Positions 33,429-43,684 of a stretch of DNA of 64,000 nt are shown here, piece after piece (the first letter of the stretch is position 1; each line of letters starts with the position of its first letter). The DNA is from Mayamaea pseudoterrestris. Lineage: Eukaryota. A program made the position numbers and the translations under genes. The notes under the pieces were generated by a model. The model saw only the letters and a program-made list of their open reading frames with translations. It was not told the DNA's origin and ran no database searches. Location of the stretch: NCBI GenBank assembly GCA_027923505.1, contig BROI01000003.1, positions 1,488,001-1,552,000 on the forward strand, read 5' to 3'.

Positions 33429-34688
33429 ATGGAATGTCAAGGTGCTCGTCTTATCTCTTCCCCGCTAGCGTTTCCCGAGCCCGTTATTCTTAAGGCGAGA
33501 CGTTGTCCAGGAATTGTCGCGTCGCATCCGGTCGCCTTGACGAGTGGCGACGCTCCCAGCCTTGAGCGGCAGCCATCCGTGTCAGCAGACATACTTATTA
33601 TTGAGAATGGCAGCGAAAGTAGCGACGACACTTTGAGTTATCTCATACACAGGAAGCTAAGGGACACGCCATTCGGATCGTTGCGTATTGGATACGTTCT
33701 GGAGAAGGACGAGTCGGGCATGTATCATGTCAAAGGAGCATCGAACGGAGACGACGAATTTGAAATGTTTACGATCGCAGTCGAAGACAAAGCGAAGAGC
33801 TTGTGTGACTTATCCTCGACAAGGGGAAATCAAAGGGCGGAATTGGCGGCGCTTCAAATGATAGGAAACCTTTCATCACAGGAGCAAATGCCGCATTATA
33901 TGCAAGGTGCCAATGCCATTGCTGCGGATGACTCGTCAATCTATACAATAATGTCATTTCTAAAGGATGGCTCTCTTTACGATTATTGCACAAGGGTTGG
34001 AAGGCTTTCGGAGAATGATGGACGGTTTTTCTTTCGTCAACTTTTGTCGGTGAGTTGTACCACCCTTTGTGGAAGTTGCGTTCAATTGCGTCTATGAACG
34101 GTGATTCTCATTCCGATTTCAATTACAACTAAGGGACTGGAATTATTGGAGCAAACTGCTCTTTGTCATCGTAGTTTGTCATTGGACAATGTTCAGTTGC
34201 ATGGGACGTTGGCTACAATTGTCGGCCTCTCCAGCAGTGCGCTGCGGATTCCCTTTGGCGAGGATGGTGACATGCCGCATTTGATTACACCCCAGCCTCT
34301 TGTGGGAAGCATTGGCGCAAGTACTCAATACATGGCGCCCGAGTTATTCAACGAGGAAGTATTTGATGGACACGCTGTGGACTTGTGGTCAGTTGGAGTC
34401 ATTCTTCTCGCCATGCTCGCCGGAAGCGACGCTTTATTTCTTCTACCAAGTCAGCAAGACTACCGATACAAAGAGATATGTGTGGACTGTCATCTGCAGG
34501 CTCATTTGCGCAAGCTTGGTTGTTCCATCTCGGCTGAAGCAACAGATTTACTGCAAGCAATGTTGACTGCAGACCCAGCGCGTCGGCTCACGCGGACGCA
34601 AGTTGTTCAGCATACGTGGGTAGCGCAGCATACAGATGTACCGGCAATCTTGCCTCCCAGCAAATACAAGGAGGAAGTTGTCCTTTGA
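33429..34688 (+). CDS. Ser/Thr kinase-fold protein, likely a pseudokinase (intron ~34049-34133)
   Basis: YMAPE, DLWSVGVIL and DLLQAML..DP.RR are present. HRD reads HRS and there is no DFG/DMG motif. Confidence 0.8.
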
Positions 34689-35046
34689 GGGAGGTTTTAG
34701 TACCAAGGTACAAGTATTCCGAACACTGGTTGAAAGCATGGTTGCAATGAACGTTCTCTCTGGCTTCCAAGATGGTTTGGTGGACGCAGCATCTCTGTTT
34801 ATAACCTCTTTACGGTAAATATCGACAAACAGTAGCTAAATCTGGGTAGCGAATAACAAACTGACAAGTGGCCTTTCGCCACTTGGAAGCCTGCAACTGG
34901 TGACTTGATCGTGTCGCGCGTGGCGTCACGTCATTCGACTGGACCTCGACCGACGACATCGCAGTTCGTCCAATCCATCATCACACAACATCCTTGTGGA
35001 TCTTGGGATCACACGAAGCTACGTAAACCATAAAGTCAATCAAGCC

Positions 35047-38000
35047 ATGAAGCTGGCCAATTCTTCGTTTCTATTCAGTGCGGTGGCGGTGGTTGGATTA
35101 TCACGCTACAAGGCGAGTGCATTCACAGTGCCCATCACGCTATCTCGACGACAATCGACAGCTTTTCAGCCCGTTGCACAAAGCCACAATGATCCTTCGT
35201 TTCTCCTCAATCGGCGCCATCGACAAACTCTTCCATCTACAACTTTGAGAATGGCGCAAGACGATTTTAACGAGGCAAAGTACACTGAAGCGGCATGGAG
35301 TACAGTCGCTGCCTTGACAAAAGCCGCCGACTACTACCAGGCGCAGTATGTCGATGCTCCATTTCTGCTGGACATTATCCTCAATCCCACGCGGCACCAG
35401 GCTGGCGATGATGCGGAAGCAGCTAGGCGAGTCGTCACCAAGGTTTTGGAAAAGGCAGGCGTCAATGTGGGACAACTCAAGACGGACCTTGATGAGCATT
35501 TGGCAAAACAGCCACGCGTCGGAAACGCGAGCAGCCAAAAGACAATGTCACGCTCACTACAGCAAGTACTGGATGCTGCTAAAATGACGAAAAGTACATT
35601 GAATGATTCCTTCATTTCTGCTGAAGGCTTGTTGCTGGCACTTGTCAAGGAAGACCCATTTACGCGCGACGCTTTACTGAAGCAAAGCATTACCTACAAT
35701 GACATTGTTGCGGCTGTCAAGACGATTCGCGAAAAGAGTGGACCAGCAAACACACGCTCGGCGGAAAACAATTACGATGCTCTCATGAAGTATGGTATCG
35801 ACTTTACGGAGCGCGCCCGGGAAGGCAAGCTTGATCCAGTGATTGGTCGAGACACGGAGATTCGCCGAGCGATTCAGATCTTGTCCAGACGTACGAAGAA
35901 CAATCCAGTAAGTATTTGGACATGTTTAATTCCACTTGTTGTTGGCTAACGAGATTGCTCAGCGTCCAACAACCAAGACAGAATGGGTATCGTACTTGTA
36001 CTTTCACTTGTTATGCATTTGCTGACGCATTACAAATTCAATAGGTATTAATCGGAGATCCAGGTGTCGGAAAGACAGCTATTGCTGAAGGTATTGCGCA
36101 ACGCATGGTTAGTGGTGACGTACCTGATTCTCTTCAGAATTGCCGCCTAATAGGATTGGATCTCGCAGCGCTCGTCGCGGGAGCAAGCATGCGCGGCGAA
36201 TTTGAGGAACGTTTAAAGGCAGTTTTGGAGGAAGTGACAAAGGTAAGTTGAACGCGTTGCCAAGATTTGGCCCGTTCGGCGTCTGTGTTATGTGCACAAT
36301 AAGCGATTCTAAACTTTTATCGCTTTTCATTTAGAGCGACGGAGAGATTATTTTGTTTATTGATGAGATGCATACTTTAGTCGGAGCTGGTGCTGCTCAG
36401 GGATCGATGGATGCGTCTAACTTACTCAAGCCGGCGCTCTCGCGTGGCCAGCTTCGGTGCATTGGAGCCACGACGGTCAACGAGTATCGCCTATATATTG
36501 AAAAGGATAAGGCACTTGAGCGACGATTTCAGCAGGTTATGATTGACCAGCCCAGTCCCGAGGACACTGTCAGTATCCTTCGTGGTCTTAAGTCAAGATA
36601 TGAGATGCACCATGGTGTACGCATTCGCGACGAAGCTCTGTTGGCGGCTGCCAAGTTGAGCCACCGTTATATTCCGGACCGTTTTCTTCCAGACAAAGCA
36701 ATTGATCTTGTCGACGAAGCTTGCGCGAAGTTAAAGAATGAAATTACGTCAAAGCCGACACAGTTGGACGAGATCGACAGAAGAATCATTCAGTTGCAGA
36801 TGGAGCGCTTGTCACTCAAATCCGACTATGAGAGCGACGAGGAAAGCTCAAAGAAGAGTCTTGCTCGAGATGAAGCTGCGCGTTTGGAGAAGATCGAAAA
36901 GGAAATCGAGGACTTGCAGAAAGAGCAAGAAGCTTTGAATGCTCGCTGGTTGCGCGAGAAGGGCAGCGTTGACAAAATTAAGGAACTGAAGGAGAAGATT
37001 GGCCAAGTGCGATTTGCGATTGAAAAGGCCGAACGAGAGTTTGATCTTAACCGCGCTGCCGAGCTCAAGTACTCTGAGCTTCCACCTTTAGAAAATGAGC
37101 TGCAAGTTCTGGAAGGTACTAGCGACGATGGCCAACTGTTAGAGGGCGAGAAGATGCTTCGTGACGAAGTGCTGGCGGATGACATTGCTCAAGTTGTTGC
37201 CGTCTGGACTGGCATTCCACCAGGAAAGCTGATGGACTCTGAACGCGACCGTGTGTTGAATATGGCTGACAAGTTAAGAGAGCGTGTTATCGGACAAGAT
37301 GAAGCGACAGAACTGGTTACCGAGGCTGTGCAGCGTTCGCGAGCTGGTCTCAACGATCCTTCCAAGCCGATCGCTTCGTTCATTTTTCTGGGACCAACGG
37401 GCGTTGGTAAGTTGATAGGAAGTAGCTGTCTATGATACGAGGTCATTTGTTTTTTCATCTCTCATGTTTGCGGATCTATGTGCAGGTAAAACGGAGCTAT
37501 GCAAGGCCTTGTCCGAGTTCATGTTTGACACTGAGGATGCCCTTATCAGGTTTGACATGTCCGAGTACATGGAGAAGTTTTCCGTCTCGCGGCTTTTGGG
37601 TGCACCGCCAGGATATGTCGGATATGATGAGGGTGGTCAGCTTACGGACGCCGTGCGCCGAAAGCCTTACAGCGTCCTTCTCTTTGATGAAATTGAGAAA
37701 GCGCATCCCGACGTTTTCAACATTATGTTGCAGCTCCTCGACGATGGCCGTCTCACCGACTCCAAGGGCACCACAGTATCTTTTCGCAACACGATAGTTA
37801 TTTGTACTTCCAACATCGGCAGCAGTGCGATTCTTGATCTCCAGGGTGACGACCGCGAAGTGATGAAATCTCGCGTCATGGACGCCATGAGGGACCATTT
37901 TAAGCCGGAATTCTTAAATCGTATCGACGAGACTGTAATCTTCAACAGTCTTGGCAAGAATGATTTGAAACAGATTGTTAGCTTGGAAACGCGACGTCTC

Positions 38001-38285
38001 ATGGGCCGCTTGGAAGAAAAGGCAATGACAATGCAGCTAACGGATGCAGCGCTTGACTACTTGGCCGATGTTGGCTTTGACCCTGTCTACGGTGCCCGGC
38101 CTTTGAAGCGTGTCATACAGCGCGAAGTTGAAAGTCAAGTCGCACGAGGTATTCTCAGTGGCAACTTTGTGGAAGGCGATACCATTGTCGTGGATGCTCA
38201 GGAGGGCAAGATTGTCGTAACGAAGCTTGTCAATGCGTCGTCTTCCGGTGCATTGCCTCCAGTCGCTGAGCCAATTGAGGCGTGA
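35047..38285 (+). CDS. clpB: Plastid-targeted ClpB/Hsp100 chaperone (4 exons)
   Basis: ASA-F presequence, [33 protein letters not shown], a coiled-coil M domain, GPTGVGKT and [10 protein letters not shown]. Confidence 0.97.
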
Positions 38286-38675
38286 GGAAAGAGGTATACT
38301 ACATGGTAGACTATGTGTTTAACTATCCCTAATTACATCAAGCAGCGCATATATGGTTTAACAAAAGAAGTTTAGCAGTTAGGTCAGGAAAGCAAAAAGG
38401 TGTCCTGCTATGAGTACAGACAGTAGCAGGATATGGTAAATAGACAAGGTTCTAGACTGGTTCGTTCGGGTCAAAGCGAGGCTTTGCACAGTTTATTGGT
38501 TGTATATTAGTTGTGCCTCCCCGTGTGATGGATGATATATAAGCAGCAGTAGCAATGGCGGCGGTAGCGGTGGAGTGTGGTCTATGTGTTTGCGTGATTG
38601 TGAATAAGGATGCGTGGAATGTGTGATAAGTTTAGCGGTGTGATGTGGTATTGGTAATGGCAAGAGCCTTGTTCT

Positions 38676-39184
38676 CTACTCGCTGCGGCGACGGAAGCGA
38701 CTGGCAAACTTGGCGACACGTTTGAAAGGACCTGTGACCGCCACTTTGCCAGCTTTGGCTTGTTTGGTCGAAGGCTCATCGGCATCAGTGACTGGCCAGT
38801 CATCATAGCTAAAGTTGTATTCCAGTGGAAGACTGTTAGATGGAAAGTACAAGTAAGAGCGAGAATGATAAGTGAGACAACGAGACAACTGTGTTCCAAT
38901 CACCATTCACCTCGTGCCAACAAATACTCGTGTAGAAAGGCGGCAACGGAGACGTTTCGAATGACTTACTCATCGAGGTAACTTGTTTTACGAGCAGTAG
39001 GATGGCATTCTTGGTACCATGTTCCAAACGTTAGTGGTGTCGTTGGCGTTGGCAGCGACCAAGCTTGCAGCAAAGTCGAGCTACCGGTGGAGGTTCGCGT
39101 GGGTCTCGTCACTGACTGAAAGCCGTGCGTTAGCGATAAGAGCAGGAAGGCACTTGCGATAAGTAGGCGAGCTGATTGCTTCAT
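38676..39184 (-). CDS. Small plastid-targeted hypothetical protein (1 intron)
   Basis: Signal peptide ending THG-F, a T/S/R-rich transit peptide, and a second exon ending RFRRRSE. Confidence 0.55.
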
Positions 39185-39928
39185 GGTTGTAAGGGGTTCT
39201 TGAGTTGCGAGCGGGTTGTTGTGTGATGCGTTGTATATTTTCAATTTGTGAGACAAGCAGCAAGTGTTTGAAGCCTGGTCGTGAGTGTTGTTCGTCCTTG
39301 CCAGTTTCAACTGCTCTTGTGCGAAGATGTCATCGGCCTCGGGCTTGAAAGCTTGACACCCGGCTCAAGTTCTTCCGCCAGGAAGGCTGCTAACGCGTGT
39401 AATCCCGCGCGCACTTGATTTATCTGGGCGATGATGCCTCAAAGTTGACGGGAAAGTGTCACCAAACTTTTTGGCCCAACGCGCTCTGGCGATTCTGACG
39501 CAGCAATCGTCATCCCCACCACACAGAAGTTCTTGGTCTTTCATGACATGAAACATCATTTGTGAGTGTCAACCATGGATTGAACTATTGCCCGTGTGTA
39601 CTTCAATCCTAAATTCCGAGTGGAGGCATGTCGCAATAGCCCGCTTGACGATTACGTCATCCGTCTTCCCTTCAGCCTGTCGGACGCATGTCGAGTGATC
39701 CGCCACAGCTTCGCGACTTCGGCATGTCGTTTAACGGGCTTTTGGCTACTCGTACGATACCTATGATACCCGTATCGATAGATATGCTAGTAGTGGTAGC
39801 ATGGCTATTGCACCAGTTTCAAGTAGAGTCCCGTTCCTTTCTAGCGTCATGCATGGAACGAACAAAGCAGTTAACTTTAAACGAGATGTTTATGTAGTAC
39901 AGTATCACCAAACCTGGGTGATTGTCTA

Positions 39929-40804
39929 CTACGCAGCAAATAATCCCCTTCGCTCCTCATGGACATGATTTTGGTATTCTGCAGGAGGTCGAATGTCAAG
40001 AATGCGGAGCATGGTGACATCGCGACGAAACCCGTTGCGTCGGTCCGAGTTCTTTCGTCTGCGCTTCTTAAAAACAACCACCTTGGCGTCTCGCGTGATC
40101 TCCTCCACCATGACATCAACCTCGGCACCACCCACAAACGGCATGCCTACCAAAGTGAAATGCGTCGAGCTGACAAGCATGACATCCTTCAATGTATGCG
40201 TTGAGCCAACGTTAAACGTATCAACCGGCTTGAGGCGATTGACAATGAGTACATCATCCGTTGTGACTTTATGTTGCGATCCAGCAAGCTCAATGACGGC
40301 AAACAATCCACCAGCAGGTGCCCCAGCACGCAGAATGGCAATTTCCGATTTGGTACGCATGAGGGATCCATCGTTGTTGTAAATCAGCGTACCGATTGTA
40401 TCGTCATCGAGTTCATCTAGGTCACTCAGCAAGTCTTCTTCCTCGTTTTCATTAAGCTCGTCCATCTCCTCGTCAAGACTGTCTTCGTCTTTTACATTCA
40501 ATTCTGTCGATGAATTAGCAGCTCGTTTCTGACGCGCCTCTTCGCGTTCCTCCTCCAAGAACGGATCGTAGATTAGATCATCCTTTCCGACGCCTTCCAG
40601 TTCCGCCAAGGCAAGTTGCTTGCCATGCCCAGTACGCATGGCCTCCATGTACTCTCGAGAGTGATCCACCGCTGCAAAGGCGGACGAGAATGAACGAGTG
40701 CACAAGCCAGACGTAAAATGGGCCCGGTTAAAGATGACTCGTCCGCCGCTTCTTGATCCACAAGCTGCGAATTTTATAGCTCCATGACCCAATACCCGTT
40801 GCAT
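39929..40804 (-). CDS. mrpL21: Mitochondrial ribosomal protein bL21
   Basis: FAVIELAGSQHKVT.DD, LVGMPFV and KVVVFKKRRRKNSDRRNGFRRDVTMLRI. Confidence 0.92.
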   Translation of the reverse strand: MQRVLGHGAIKFAACGSRSGGRVIFNRAHFTSGLCTRSFSSAFAAVDHSREYMEAMRTGHGKQLALAELEGVGKDDLIYDPFLEEEREEARQKRAANSSTELNVKDEDSLDEEMDELNENEEEDLLSDLDELDDDTIGTLIYNNDGSLMRTKSEIAILRAGAPAGGLFAVIELAGSQHKVTTDDVLIVNRLKPVDTFNVGSTHTLKDVMLVSSTHFTLVGMPFVGGAEVDVMVEEITRDAKVVVFKKRRRKNSDRRNGFRRDVTMLRILDIRPPAEYQNHVHEERRGLFAA

Positions 40805-41051
40805 GATGTTCAGCGGAAAAGATAGACCGGTTGGGTTATAAATCGTTTGACTTGCGACAATTCTGGCTGCCGATCCTCATGGTGGAATCCGTGAGAAACC
40901 GAAGGGATGTCGCAACGCGAGTCTGTGCTTCGTCCGCCATTTCTGATAGTTACGGTTTCGAGTTACTTGAATATGCGTCAGTCACAAAGATCGCCCGCGG
41001 CAAGCGACAGCGATCACTTTCTTGAAGATCAAAAAGCAGCTGTATATCACC

Positions 41052-41696
41052 ATGATGAAGCAAATCCTCGCCTTCGTTGCCCTTTTCGCCACTGCTTCGG
41101 CTTTTGCCCCAGTTAGCCAAGCAGGTATGTTACTTGTATGCACTGTATTGAAGTCGCGGGACGACTTTGCTCGATGGAGATGTCGACTATGGTTCCGGAA
41201 TATCCATCCGCGAGCGGGGCAAACGGGCAAACAAAAGGACCAGAATCGTATTGCCTTTTGGTATCTTTTTTATCGCTCGCCTTCATGACGGTTGTGATAT
41301 CATGCCAATTAGCGCGCTTGTAATGGTAGAGCCTTGCACTCATCTGATAATACACTTTCTCCTCTGCCGTGACTCACATTCCATTTCTTCTACTCCTTAC
41401 TTGCAGCATTTGGTGTTGCCAAGAGCTCCGCTTTGTCCATGGCATCAAAGGCACCAGAGGCTAGCAACGGCATTGTCGCTGCCATTGCCGGAGTCATGCC
41501 CGCCATCGTTGCTTCCTCTGCCGCACTGGCAACCGAAGGAACAGGCGAGCCTTTTGGAATCGATGACAGCCGCCTTCTTGGAGTTCTTTTTGTTGGACAC
41601 TGGTTGATCCTAACTCTCTGGGCCCAGCAATACAAGGGAGTTGATGAGAGCGAGGACTTCTTTGGCGAGATTGACTACACCTCGGTCCGAAAGTAA
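41052..41696 (+). CDS. psbW: Photosystem II PsbW-like protein (intron ~41125-41406)
   Basis: ASAFAP presequence, thylakoid signal ending ALA, and mature TEGTGEPFG...LLGVLF...W single TM with an acidic tail. Confidence 0.8.
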
Positions 41697-41886
41697 ATTC
41701 AATCATTCCATTCCAGCAGCTCTGTGGTTTATTGGCGCATCATGACGACATTTAGTTGCTACAAAACTAGTCCTTCTCTCTGTAATATGTCATTTAGAGA
41801 TAATTTTACAAGCAGACATATTGCGTGCAGTTATTTGTGTGATTAGGAGCGGAACGCAGTAAGCGAAGTGATCATTCGACAAAGAA

Positions 41887-42511
41887 TCATCCCAGTCGTC
41901 CGGTTGGAGAAGCCATTGCATATGATGGTATGCTATTTCGAGAATCATCCATGGCTGAGGGAGTTGTTGATGTCGACATTTCTAAAGACATGGCCGATGG
42001 ACTAAACATGGACATGGATGCCGCAAAGTTGCTGCGAGGCGTTCTCTGCTGCGAAAGGTGCTGTCTTTCGCACTCGCGACGCTTCAGGCCTTCATAAATG
42101 TCTCTATGAGTGATCCAAAATGGTTGTCGAATAGGAGGCGCAAGCAGTAAGGCGTCTTCGAAAGGTTTTAGTTTTGCTTCGGCTGACTCCGTCGAAAGCC
42201 CAATTGGAACAGGCGCCTCTGGCAGGACTTGTCGACTTAATTCTTTCAAATGGGCGGCTTCCTGAGTTTCCAAATCGTCAAGACTGCAATATGAGAATAG
42301 ATAAGCAAACGAGATTGTTTAGATCCATAGTAGACACTGTGACCATTTAGATTGCCGGTTTGATCGCGATACCGAATCATGCAAGTGCGTGGACTGGAAG
42401 GATCGCCTCATCTGCGCAAAATCCTTACCGAGACCGTCCTCTTGGACGAGCGAGCCACTGAGGCTCCGTCATTTGGTGAAGGAGCTGGTTAGGGTATCGA
42501 AAGGAGCTCAT
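41887..42511 (-). CDS. Putative APC/C subunit 15-like protein (2 exons)
   Basis: Spliced N-terminus MSSFRYPNQLLHQMTEPQWL...RLDDLETQEAAHLKEL...PVPIG resembles ANAPC15 (FP.L.PRVTE.LW...LVPIG). Confidence 0.5.
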
Positions 42512-42821
42512 TGTCTTAATAGGAAGCGATGATGCAGCTTGGTTTCGAAGGGTGTGCCATGGTGAAAGGCGGACGCAGTGCGATCCGGTAAGTCACGGAG
42601 CGATACGATTGGGTCACGGAGCGATACGATCTTTCACGCACGCGTGCACAAACCATCACGATGATCATTGGACGATGGCAGCGGACCAACGATTCACTTC
42701 CCTGCGAGAGGGCCACCAAAGACGTCTAGAGTACTGCTTTATTCTATCTAGCCTCTCTAGATCCACGGACAAGAGTCGTTTGACGAAATCTAGTACTCAC
42801 AGCCGACGTACCGGTAGCAAG

Positions 42822-43472
42822 ATGGCATCCAATGCTGATGATTCAACTTTGGTTTTTCGCGTGGACCTCCCCGTCAAGCCTACACGCCGCTTCGTCAAAG
42901 GCACGGTCCCCCAGCCGACATCTGTACATCTTCAGGTAGATGCTGCAACGGAGAGTAAAGAAGACAAGGATGATTCGGATATCAAGGAACGTGCACCATT
43001 AGGTCATTACTCGCTTGGTGATTCGTCCGCTGTCCGTCGAGAGCTGGTGAAAGACGATGCTGAGGCCTCTCGCAAGAACCGCGTCAAGATGTCCAAAACG
43101 CTGCAATCCGCCAAACGTGACAAGATCATGAAAGAGCATCGTCTCAACCCAAAGCCTCCGCGTGATAGTCCAAAGGCGCATCCATTCTCGCGCTTCCTGT
43201 CAGCCTTCTCCGTGGCGGCTCATCCGGAGCTCAAGCGGGCCTGGAAGTGGATCATGCCTTCGGACATGGAAGATTGCCGCGAACCGGAAGAGAAGCGTTT
43301 CCGTGTTACGGAGAGTGCACTGGATGGAGCAGACGAGGCTCCCGACGAGTCGTCATTGCCGTCCAAGGAAGAAGGCATTCGCGATTCTCCCTCGACGAAT
43401 CGATCTGTGCTTGTCACGACGGTTGCTGTCGTCTTCATTGCTGCTCTTATTGCCTGGATTCGTCGCAAGTAG
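42822..43472 (+). CDS. Tail-anchored hypothetical protein
   Basis: Charged ORF ending in a single TM segment followed by RRK. Confidence 0.7.
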   Translation: MASNADDSTLVFRVDLPVKPTRRFVKGTVPQPTSVHLQVDAATESKEDKDDSDIKERAPLGHYSLGDSSAVRRELVKDDAEASRKNRVKMSKTLQSAKRDKIMKEHRLNPKPPRDSPKAHPFSRFLSAFSVAAHPELKRAWKWIMPSDMEDCREPEEKRFRVTESALDGADEAPDESSLPSKEEGIRDSPSTNRSVLVTTVAVVFIAALIAWIRRK

Positions 43473-43684
43473 ACTCGTTCTGATTCGAAAGTATGCTGTC
43501 ATGGGATTGTTTGTCGATCTGCGCGTCATTGCAACTGACGGTGTGGCAGCATCGTCAATCGATCGCAAAAACTCATCTTTGAGTCTGTGATCCTTACAAT
43601 GTATATACATTATTGGTTTAGATTTATCTATTTATGAACAATACTACTCTCGATTAGAAGCTGCTTCTGTACTCAATAATCAAA

